A DNA stretch of 32,000 nt from Wallemia ichthyophaga EXF-994 (Eukaryota > Fungi > Basidiomycota), in contig NW_008806277.1 of NCBI RefSeq assembly GCF_000400465.1, forward strand, positions 30,001 to 62,000. Reading direction: 5' to 3'. Both the position numbers and the translations under genes were made by a program. Below are positions 8,592-18,258 of this stretch, in pieces (within the stretch, counting starts at the first letter, position 1; each line of letters starts with the position of its first letter). The notes below the pieces were generated by a model, which searched no databases, had not been told where the DNA came from, and saw nothing but the letters and a program-made list of their open reading frames with translations.

Positions 8592-9398
8592 TTAGTCCTT
8601 GTAAATGAGCAAAGGTTCACCCGGTTCATGAACCTCTGGAATTGTACATTTCAAATCGAAAGCCTTTGAGAGAACAATTTTGAATATTTTCTGTACGTGA
8701 ATGGAGTGCGAAGTGGAGCAGAAGATGAGAGGAGCGTGCATAGCCTTTGCGAATCTCTTTGCCTGTGTTGATGAGTGGGTAAGTGAATTGAAAGTGCAAA
8801 TATCGCTCCTACCTGCTTGGTTATCTCCTCCTGATCTTCCTTAGGCAGACCAGCGAATACATCGAACTTGGTACCTACGAGGAAAGGGATTGCAGTTTTG
8901 TTAAACCCTCTAGCCTGTCTGTACCACTCTTTTATCGAATTAAGGGTGCTCTTCCTGGAAAGATCGAACATGAAGAGAATTGCAACTGCGTCATTGCAAA
9001 CGAGTGGGAGCATGTTGACGAATTCGCGTTGGCCTGTGCGACGAGAATGAGAATGACAATGAAAGTGATTTCAAAGGAAAGTTAATCCCCCAGATAAAGC
9101 CACAACGCACCACCTAGATCCCAAATGGAGAAAGTAATTTCAGTCTGGCGTATGGATATAGTCTTTTCCATAAAGTTTACGCCTGTAAGCGGGTGATTGA
9201 GTGATGCTCTTTCAATAGCCCAAGCTACACGCACCTAGCGTTTGTATGTAGTCTTCATCGAATGAACCTCTGTCGCGCGTAAGTGTAAGAAGCGTCTAAG
9301 AAACGCATCCACTGCACCCACTCCACATATTTAACCATCAAAGACGTCTTCCCAATGCTGCTGTCCCCCACCAACGCTGTTTTGAGATAAAGGGCCAT
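8592..9398 (-). CDS. SPG1: Spg1/Tem1 septation-initiation / mitotic-exit small GTPase
   Basis: Spliced across 4 introns: [36 protein letters not shown]...[47 protein letters not shown]...VGTKFD. An extra 5' exon is possible. Confidence 0.93.
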
Positions 9399-9548
9399 GA
9401 TCGCTGTGAGTAAGGTGGTTGAGGTGTTTGAGGTACTTGAGACAACTTAAATTAGCAAATGATGTTTCAATTTTTAAGCCTATTTTCAAGCTCATTTTCA
9501 AGTTCACTTCGAGACCGTTTAATTGATTAGAGTCATCTAACACACAAC

Positions 9549-10004
9549 ATGAGAGGATACGCGGATATCAATTTGCTGTTGGTGGGTTGAATGTTGCGAA
9601 TCAATCCCTCTCACATTCCATCTTCAGAGCATCGCTGTTGCCATTTTATCGCTTTTGATCATCTCTCCCTACGTTTTCACTTATGAGGCTACTAGGACAG
9701 CCAGCGTTGGGGAAAGAGAAGCAAGAGTTGCAGAACGTGAAAGCTCAGTGGCTGCGAGGGAAAGCAATCTCTACTGGAAGTCTATTCCGCCCCCTGACGT
9801 AACACAAGACGAGGAGGAGGAGTGCAATCATGATACGATTCTACTACGCGAGTTGGAGTTTACTAAGAGAGAAGCAGGATTGCATAAACGTGAAGCTAGC
9901 ATCGCGCGCAGAGAGGCGTGGTTAGTTGATAATTGGTGGGTGAAATTTGGAATATACGAGACATTGTGAGACTCACACACACAATCACACGCAGGCCACA
10001 CTAA
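9549..10004 (+). CDS. Small hypothetical protein with N-terminal hydrophobic anchor and coiled-coil repeats
   Basis: ATG 9549, then a GTGGGT...CAG intron, gives LLLSIAVAILSLLIISPYVF followed by EREARVAERESSVAARE heptads. A probable last intron ends before CCA CAC TAA (10004). Confidence 0.6.
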
Positions 10005-10100
10005 ACATATATATGATAGTCATTATGAATGAATAAAAGATTAAATAAGATTTGCAGTTTGATTTGATCCATGGGGCAGGTCACCTACGTCACACACCTT

Positions 10101-11295
<1,195 letters not shown>

Positions 11296-11437
11296 GGTGG
11301 TGGTATGCGGATAAGGAGGGAATGGATCGATTGACAGATTTATAAATACACAAAGCCGAACGCGGGAATATAAAATTTAATAAAATAGCCGTGAATTTAA
11401 TCAAATTGCCTGATTTGGGTGAATTCGCCGTCTTTTC

Positions 11438-11444
11438 TGAGTCA
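11438..11444. promoter_or_regulatory. Gcn4/CpcA (cross-pathway control) consensus site TGAGTCA
   Basis: Exact TGA(C/G)TCA about 143 bp upstream of the DAHP synthase ATG. ARO3/ARO4 are established Gcn4 targets in yeast. Confidence 0.55.
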
Positions 11445-11603
11445 ATTTGAGTGTTTAACGGAGTTTCAAGGAATTTTAAGTGGGTTCAAGTGAATTTCAA
11501 GTGTTTAAGATTATTTAATAGTGTTTACTATTAATAATCAGTGACACTTAAAATTACTAGTGAAATTAGAAATACATAGTTACACCCCAACCACCATGCT
11601 CAA

Positions 11604-12680
11604 ATGAGATACCTTGAAATATCCAAGCACAGCTCTATATCCCCGAACGATCTCATAAATTCAATAAACAAGGCAAACCTAACGCCACCACTGCAAGTAC
11701 TCTACAACAATCACAATGACGTCTTCTACTTTGAATTTGCACACAGTATTGATGCTATTGAGGCGCTGAAATGGTGTGATAAGTGGGTTAGATTGGTTGG
11801 TGGCAGTAACGGTGATCAAGTACAGTCACAGGTACACTCAGAGCAATACCCACAGCCACACTCCCTCAACCAGCACTCATCCTCAGGTCCGCCTGTTGGT
11901 AGCATCCTAAATCCACTCATAGTAACTCACTCTGATCCGATCTCGCCCCCACTTTCCCCCAAATCACCCAAATCACCCAATTCCTCTTTGTCTACTTTTA
12001 ACGCTTCTCCACCGCAGAATTTGTTTGATGTATTAGCCTCGTTGCCTGGTGCAAATACAAACACTGTAAACACTGTAAACACAGCCAACACAACACAAAG
12101 CATACACACTCCACACCGCACACAAACACCAAACAACTCCCTCCCTCCCATCCTCAACACTGGCAGCCAGGGACCGATGCAGATGCAACCCGGCGACTGG
12201 GTGTGTTCGTGCGGCTTCGTTAATTGGAGGAGAAGGAAGTCGTGCTACCGGTGCTATCCATTTGCAAATGGTAATGAGAGTGGTAGCGGTAATAATGGGG
12301 AGCTGGCTAGGGCTGCTCAGAAGGCTGCTCAGTTGGCTGAGGAGGGTTTGAGCGAAAGTCAAGACAATCAAGACATTCACAACACCCAAGACACTCACAA
12401 TTCTACTCACAACGATTCTGCGTTTGCGTTCGACACACATCTTCTTAATGTCGGCTTGGGCCGTTTGGAGCTGAACCAGTTGGACCATCACCCACATCAC
12501 CCAGAACACCCCACCTTAGACTATCGCACTTTCTTGGCGTCCAGAAAGGCGTGGGACAGCGGTAATGATGGTGGTTTTAATGGCGGCGGCGGTGGTGGTA
12601 GCGTCGGAGTGGATCACAACGCGCACGACACCTTTGACCAACTTGGGGAAATCTTGCAGCGCGTGCAGTCAAGCCGTTGA
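11604..12680 (+). CDS. RanBP2-type zinc-finger, probable RNA-binding protein with low-complexity regions
   Basis: GDWVCSCGFVNWRRRKSCYRC is a W-x-C-x-C...N...C-x2-C RanBP2 finger. The N-terminus may be a degenerate RRM. Contains SPK and NTV/NTA micro-repeats. Confidence 0.8.
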   Translation: MRYLEISKHSSISPNDLINSINKANLTPPLQVLYNNHNDVFYFEFAHSIDAIEALKWCDKWVRLVGGSNGDQVQSQVHSEQYPQPHSLNQHSSSGPPVGSILNPLIVTHSDPISPPLSPKSPKSPNSSLSTFNASPPQNLFDVLASLPGANTNTVNTVNTANTTQSIHTPHRTQTPNNSLPPILNTGSQGPMQMQPGDWVCSCGFVNWRRRKSCYRCYPFANGNESGSGNNGELARAAQKAAQLAEEGLSESQDNQDIHNTQDTHNSTHNDSAFAFDTHLLNVGLGRLELNQLDHHPHHPEHPTLDYRTFLASRKAWDSGNDGGFNGGGGGGSVGVDHNAHDTFDQLGEILQRVQSSR

Positions 12681-12904
12681 CTGGAGAGCGAATGTGGAAT
12701 GTGGATGGACACAGGAACACATAAGCGTGTGGATGGATATCAACACATGATTTTTCCGGTATTTTTCTTATCTTTTCTGATGACCACTTGCTTTCTTGGA
12801 TACCATTGAGTATGAGCACGAGTTTATCTATTTCTACTTTTATTTATACATTTCCAAACGCAATTCCGCATTCTTGTATAACAAATCAACTCATTCAAGT
12901 CATT

Positions 12905-14521
12905 CTAAAAAGTACCCAACTCCTCACTGACAATAAAGTCCGCCTCTGTGTTCCTTCTGACGTCGTCGAGGGTAGAATCTTCAGCGACATCAGTCAACAC
13001 CAATGTGCCACGCTCGTAGTCGACAGCAAACACCGCCAACTCGGTGATAATTTTCCATATGCATCGTGAGCCCGTGAGAGGGAGGCTGCATTGATTAAGC
13101 ACTTTACTGCGACCGTACTTATCGTTGTGTTCCATGAGCACCATGATGCGGGTATGTTTGGGGTTACTGACGAGATCCATAGCACCGCCCATACCTGTAG
13201 GTGGCTAGTCAGCGATAAAACGTCTCCGGCTAAGCACTAAGCGCTGCTTCAGGAACAACCTACCCTTCATCAGCTTGCCCGGTATCATATAGTTGGCGAG
13301 GTTGCCAGCGCAGTCGACCTGAAAAGCGCCCAGCATGCTCACGTCAATCCTTCCACTCCTGATCATGCCGAATGACTCATCACTCCCGAATGCCGCGGCA
13401 CCTTTACGCAGCGTCACTGTCTCCTTACTCGCGTTGATGGTGTCGGGGTCGACAGCGTCTGCGTGGGGATAGCCACCGATATTGAGCAGCCCGTTCTCTG
13501 CTTGAACAGTGACACCCGAGTGTGAAGGTATGTATTCGGGTACGCGGCCTGGTATCCCCACACCGAGGTTCACTACCTCCCCACTACCCACTTCGCGCGC
13601 TGCTCGACGCGCTATCCTGTCCTTGAGTGTGAGAGTGGGGACTTTCGTAGCCGCAGTCTCGCTCGCACCCCCGTCCTCACTCTTACCAGCCTCGCTCACG
13701 CGCAACACCTCAATCTCGGCAGAGGTCGTCGCAGGGCACACCCTATCCACATAGACACCGGGGACGTGTACGTGGTTAGGGTGAATGGCGCCAACATCTA
13801 CGATTTCCTCCGCTTCGACGATGGTGAGAGGGGCGGCCTTTGCCATGACGCTGTTAAAGTTGTTAGCCGAGCTATTAAAGACGAGGTTGCCAGCGTGATC
13901 AGCGATTCGAGCGCGTACGATGGCAACATCGGCGTGTAGGGCGTGTTCAAGGAGGTAGTTGCGACCGCCGAACGAGCGCGTCTCACGGGGAGGCTGGTGA
14001 GCAAGAGCGTTGCCTGCGTCGTCATACGCACTCACCAGCCCGCCCACCTCCACAGCCGTGCCTGCGCCAGTGGGAGTGTAGAATGCAGGCACGCCGCGCG
14101 CGGCTGCACTCACCCGCTCTGCTATGCTGCCTTGGGGCGTGAGCTCGACGGTGATCTGCCCGCGTCTGTACCCCTCTTCCAAGGTGCGGTTGTTGCCGAG
14201 ATAGCTGCAGATCAGTCTCGTCACTTTACCCGGCGTGCTGAGGAGCCGGGCCAGCCCCTTCTCCCCCACACCGGGATTGTTGGATATGGCGGTGAGGCTG
14301 TGCAGGTCTGTGCGGCGTTGTATAGCGTCGATCAACGTGCTTGGGATGCCACACAGCCCAAACCCCCCGCTGTACAGCCTCGTTCGCGATCGGAGGTCCG
14401 CGATCGCCGCACTGGCATCGCTGTACACCTTGCGTGGCTGCTGCGTGGTGTAAAGTCGCACGCTAGTTCGCACCCTTAAGCCCACGCGCACGCTAGTGTT
14501 GATAGCAGCTCGCGACGTCAT
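12905..14521 (-). CDS. Succinyl-CoA:3-ketoacid CoA transferase (SCOT/OXCT type), mitochondrial
   Basis: GGFGLCGIP, ELTPQGSIAER, GVPAFYTPTGAGT, VNLGVGIP, QAENG (catalytic Glu motif), KGMGGAMDLV. Arg-rich presequence from ATG 14521; intron 13195-13263. Confidence 0.94.
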
Positions 14522-14576
14522 CGATGATGGTGGTTGATAAGCAAGAGAAATAAAAATAAGATATAATACACTATCG

Positions 14577-15389
14577 CTAGCTTGCTCCGGCTGCCAGACT
14601 CGCCGACCAGCGCTTGCGCTGCCAGTTGAGCAGCACGGGGACGAGTTCAGCGATGCCGATATCCGGCCAGAACGCATCGACGACTTGCACGTGGGTGTTG
14701 TGGAGGGAAGCCTGGAACATGAGGAAGTCGCTGAAGCGGTTGACGGCAGAGGAGCGAACGAGGATGTCTAGTGGGGGAGAGTGGTGCGTCATGAGGTGGG
14801 CGTCGAAAGCGCGTCTGTCCCCGCCACTGTGGAGCATTGCGGTGGACATCTCGTCTCTGCTCGTGTACGGCATGCATATGTTGAGCGTAGCCCCGTCGTT
14901 GTGCTGCGTGCGCGTCTCGATCTCCACCAGCTTGGCGCGCACGTCGGCGCGCAGGAGGTGGGTCGCGCCCAGCACGGCTATACGTACATTATGCTGCTGC
15001 ACGATATCACCGTGCTGCGCGATCTCGGCGAGCTTTTCACTCGCGAGCCCCATCAAGTATTCCACCTCGTCATCCCCCCGGTTGAAATTCTCGATGGAGA
15101 AAGCGTATACGGAGACAGTGCGTACGTGGAGACGCAGGCAGAATTCAAGCACGCGCCGTAGCCCCAGGAAGCCACCCTCGTGGCCACTCTTTATCGCTAG
15201 GTTGTGCTGCCGGGCGAATCGCCGGTTGCCATCCATAATGAAACCTATGTGGGATGGTACACCGCCGAGCTTGAGCACAGAGATTAGCAGCTGGGATCGC
15301 CAGTCGCTGAATTGCTGCTTGGAGGTGTACGTGCTGAGCGTGGCGCGTGGAATCACGTCGGGCTGGAGTGCTGGATACGGGGATGACAT
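14577..15389 (-). CDS. cis-prenyltransferase catalytic subunit (dehydrodolichyl diphosphate synthase, Rer2/Srt1/DHDDS type)
   Basis: PSHIGFIMDGNRRFA, VSVYAFSIENFNR, LNICMPYTSRDE, LDILVRSSAVNRFSDFLMFQ. No C-terminal RxG, as expected for the heteromeric type. Start assigned to CAACCATG at 15389. Confidence 0.93.
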   Translation of the reverse strand: MSSPYPALQPDVIPRATLSTYTSKQQFSDWRSQLLISVLKLGGVPSHIGFIMDGNRRFARQHNLAIKSGHEGGFLGLRRVLEFCLRLHVRTVSVYAFSIENFNRGDDEVEYLMGLASEKLAEIAQHGDIVQQHNVRIAVLGATHLLRADVRAKLVEIETRTQHNDGATLNICMPYTSRDEMSTAMLHSGGDRRAFDAHLMTHHSPPLDILVRSSAVNRFSDFLMFQASLHNTHVQVVDAFWPDIGIAELVPVLLNWQRKRWSASLAAGAS

Positions 15390-15407
15390 GGTTGATGGGC
15401 TGCAACC

Positions 15408-15929
15408 ATGTTGGATGAGCTGGATGGCGACCACGTCGATAGCATCGAGGAGCTCTTTGATGAGGGTTTTATAGCGTCGTTGGGGAGCGCAGGCAGTGGC
15501 AGTGGCAGCACCAACATCAACACCAATATACACACCTGCACCACCTGCTTCAAATCATTTCCCTCCCAATGGAACCTCGACAGACACGCTACTATTCACT
15601 CCCCCGACAAAGACTTCAAGTGTGCTTTGTGTGGTAAAATTTTCGCATTGAAAGACAAATACCAGCAACACCTGCGGAGGCATAGGGGTGATGTCACAAA
15701 GCACACTTGTCCAGAATGCGGGAAAGAGTACACGGACAAATCCAGCCTCAAGCATCACCTAGCAACGCACAACACACCCAGACAGCGCTACAAATGTCCA
15801 ATATGCAATCTATCCTACACGAAACCACGAACGACCAAGATGCACATACTACGAGAACATCTAGAGGGGAGGGAGGGGGTGAATGTGAATGAAATACCAC
15901 TGGATGAGGGTGTTTACGCCTTTTTCTAG
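15408..15929 (+). CDS. C2H2 zinc-finger protein (4 fingers, acidic N-terminus)
   Basis: CTTC..H...H, CALC..H...H, CPEC..H...H, CPIC..H....H. Confidence 0.88.
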   Translation: MLDELDGDHVDSIEELFDEGFIASLGSAGSGSGSTNINTNIHTCTTCFKSFPSQWNLDRHATIHSPDKDFKCALCGKIFALKDKYQQHLRRHRGDVTKHTCPECGKEYTDKSSLKHHLATHNTPRQRYKCPICNLSYTKPRTTKMHILREHLEGREGVNVNEIPLDEGVYAFF

Positions 15930-15934
15930 ACGGC

Positions 15935-16465
15935 TTAATCGAATACAGTGTCCTCGGGTGCACAGCGGTGTAGATGGCCATCACTCCTCACCGTCACGCC
16001 ATCGACATCGCGCGGTAGAGACTTGCGCATGTCGTATGCATCTTCGTGGTCGCCGTAGTAGCCAACGACGCGCCTGAAGACGGAGTAGCCGAGTTTTGTA
16101 TACATATGGATGGCATTGGAGTTGGTGAGGCGTACGAAGAGGTCGACAAAGTAGGTGGGCGAGAGCGTAGCAGAGAGGTGCTCGCATGCTTTCATAAGCT
16201 CGCTGGCGAGACCAATCTTGCGATGAGTGGGGGATATAGAGAGAGCGGTAACGTGGCCGTGGTGGTCCAAGCCCCGCCCTTCAATTTTACCGAACAAATA
16301 ACCCATCAAGGAGGAATCAGGGTGCGTGAGGCTGATGCAGATATCAGGCCAATTGATGAGGTATTGCTGGTAGAACGAGATGGAATACGTCTCTGTCCAG
16401 TAATCGAGGTTTATTTTATTGAAATTCAGAATATCCGTCGATTTAAAGCTCTTTATCGTCGTCAT
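15935..16465 (-). CDS. NAT3: N-terminal acetyltransferase B catalytic subunit
   Basis: MTTIKSFKSTDILNFNKINLDYWTETY...WPD, HGHVTALSISPTHRKIGLA, FVDLFVRLTNSNAIHMYTKLGYSVFRRVVGYY, EDAYDMRKSLPRD. Confidence 0.92.
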   Translation of the reverse strand: MTTIKSFKSTDILNFNKINLDYWTETYSISFYQQYLINWPDICISLTHPDSSLMGYLFGKIEGRGLDHHGHVTALSISPTHRKIGLASELMKACEHLSATLSPTYFVDLFVRLTNSNAIHMYTKLGYSVFRRVVGYYGDHEDAYDMRKSLPRDVDGVTVRSDGHLHRCAPEDTVFD

Positions 16466-16467
16466 TG

Positions 16468-17250
16468 ATGAAGGCAGAAGAGCGGAGCGTGGTTGAGGCG
16501 TTGGGCGAGTTGGGAGTACACAGGAGAGAGTGTGTGAGGGAGAATGATGAAAATATCCCCACAGACACACTCCACGCGGATTTGATGAGCAATCTCAGGC
16601 TGATTTCAGTGCATTTGAACAAACTTGTAATCTCAACAAAGAAGCCAGTGAATTGGAGTTTATTGAACCAGCTAATCCCAGACTTGAATGGATATCTGAA
16701 TAATCTAGTTTTTATTCTGAAATCCACAAAGTCTCACTTGCTCAAGAAGAATTGGCTGGGTATCTTCAACGACATCCTCGATAACATCCATGGATTACTG
16801 TCCAGCGTTATAGAATACAGCTACAGTGATATCATGAATCACGCTGAAATCATTCATCAAATATCCCTCTCCAATCTCCCTTGTTCTGAACTACAGGCTT
16901 TGAAGACGTCCCTTTACTCCCTCCTAGACATATTCAAGGACACGCAAAACGAGATCAGCGATTTAGACCTCGTTGAAAGCGACTTGTCGGACAAAGGTCA
17001 GAAAATTCTCAAAATTTCTCACTCACTTCCCAATAAATTCGAGCAATTGATAGACTCAATAAAAGATACAGACAATCTCCATCAAATACACACTAAATCC
17101 ACCCAGTTGTCAGATATCTGGGATGACGTAGTGTACAACCTCGATGACGATCATTCGGATGACTTTAACCAGTCAGCTGATAACTTGATGCGGGTGTACA
17201 ACGACATATTTAGCAGCGTGCAAGTTGACCTATCCAAGTTGAAGATATGA
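16468..17250 (+). CDS. Hypothetical helical, acidic protein (start uncertain, 16468 or ~16586)
   Basis: Long open frame with protein-like Leu/Ile/Asp composition; no family I can name with confidence. Confidence 0.65.
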   Translation: MKAEERSVVEALGELGVHRRECVRENDENIPTDTLHADLMSNLRLISVHLNKLVISTKKPVNWSLLNQLIPDLNGYLNNLVFILKSTKSHLLKKNWLGIFNDILDNIHGLLSSVIEYSYSDIMNHAEIIHQISLSNLPCSELQALKTSLYSLLDIFKDTQNEISDLDLVESDLSDKGQKILKISHSLPNKFEQLIDSIKDTDNLHQIHTKSTQLSDIWDDVVYNLDDDHSDDFNQSADNLMRVYNDIFSSVQVDLSKLKI

Positions 17251-17314
17251 GGACTGCGACATGTAATAACCTGATTTTCCCACGTCGTACATAAATCACA
17301 TCTGACCTCAGCAC

Positions 17315-17716
17315 ATGATTTCCATTAGAAGAACAACGATGAGCCCAATAACACACGCGCTTAGAAAAGCCACAGTGGCTGCACCGCTTGCACGACCAGC
17401 CACAGCCACAGCCACAACTACTGCCAGACAAATACACCGCACAGCACCCCTCTTGAAAGCCCTAGACAACAAAGCAACGTCGTCATGGCCAGAAGGCAGC
17501 TCATCACGTCCACACACCGAGTACAAGCCAGTTGAAGGTCGTGAAGGCAAGACGGCCAGACTGATATTCCGCATAAAGCCATCAGATATCCCGATGGAAC
17601 TGCTGCCTCTGTTTGCGGCTGTTGGCTTCGCTGTCGTTGGCGCATCGGCGTACGGCGTTTATGCGCTCTGGAATGACAAGACACTGCGTGTGCACAGACA
17701 CGGCGAGCGTAAGTAG
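17315..17716 (+). CDS. Small mitochondrial single-pass membrane protein, NDUFA4/MLRQ (B12D)-like
   Basis: Arg/Thr/Ala-rich presequence, then IPMELLPLFAAVGFAVVGASAYGVYALWNDKTLRVHR, resembling the P-EL-PL...TM...D--L pattern of this family. Confidence 0.6.
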   Translation: MISIRRTTMSPITHALRKATVAAPLARPATATATTTARQIHRTAPLLKALDNKATSSWPEGSSSRPHTEYKPVEGREGKTARLIFRIKPSDIPMELLPLFAAVGFAVVGASAYGVYALWNDKTLRVHRHGERK

Positions 17717-17797
17717 GAGTTGGCGAGGATGACGATTGTAACGCTTCTGTAACGACATGACGAAATGAATATGTATTTCTGTTTCCTTTCAACTCCT

Positions 17798-18145
17798 TTA
17801 CTCCCGCTTGGATTCTCCTACCGCTTGCGTCTTCTCGCCCTGCGCTTTTATCCCGTAATCCGCCGTGAATCGCCAATGAACAGCGTTGGTGAGCCCAACA
17901 TCGCCGCGAACAACGCCAAGCATCTTGAGAACGCCCTTGAATAACACCAGTGTGAGATAACATCCAGATAGCTCTAGCACCCAATGCAGCGCTCTGTGCT
18001 CAAGCAGTACGTGTGCTTGGAAATACTGCAGATAGCAATTCACGCCTACTATAACGAGGTATATCGGCAGACTGCGCCGCATCACCATCTTGTCTTTGTC
18101 CGACAGCCTCCTCAGGTGTCTCTCTACGCTGTTTGGTGTGCTCAT
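17798..18145 (-). CDS. Small hypothetical membrane protein (about 2 hydrophobic segments)
   Basis: ATG-initiated 115-aa ORF filling the gap between two genes; LPIYLVIVGVNCYL and LSGCYLTLVLFKGVL are hydrophobic. Confidence 0.55.
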   Translation of the reverse strand: MSTPNSVERHLRRLSDKDKMVMRRSLPIYLVIVGVNCYLQYFQAHVLLEHRALHWVLELSGCYLTLVLFKGVLKMLGVVRGDVGLTNAVHWRFTADYGIKAQGEKTQAVGESKRE

Positions 18146-18258
18146 TTGGAAGCCCGGGTTTAGGAAGCCACATCCCGAGTGGATCTTTCAGACGTAAAAA
18201 AAAAGAGTCATCTTATTCAATTTCATTCGCATTGTAGTGTTTACATGTTTTGTTGACG

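Larger units (their letters stand above)
4637..8814. repeat. Direct (tandem) segmental repeat, copy 2, continuous with the intact SPG1 gene
   Basis: Matches 1-4178 at every point I compared. All six-frame ORFs are identical. Confidence 0.97.

Noticed and set aside
12040-12100. Short tandem 9-mers (AACACTGTA x2, AACACAGCC, AACACAACA; also CCCAAATCA x2 near 11958-11980)
   Set aside because: Ordinary in-frame low-complexity coding repeats; not CRISPR-like or mobile.
12760-12900. TGATGA (C-box-like) in the 3' intergenic region
   Set aside because: No suitably spaced CTGA D box or terminal stem, so not called a snoRNA.
14614-15474. 286-aa plus-strand ORF, and similar long antisense ORFs at 2160-2717, 10122-10541, 13943-14479, 16046-16468, 18250-19005 and 18839-19423
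   Set aside because: Antisense shadows of well-conserved genes in GC-rich or codon-biased sequence; no protein-like motifs.
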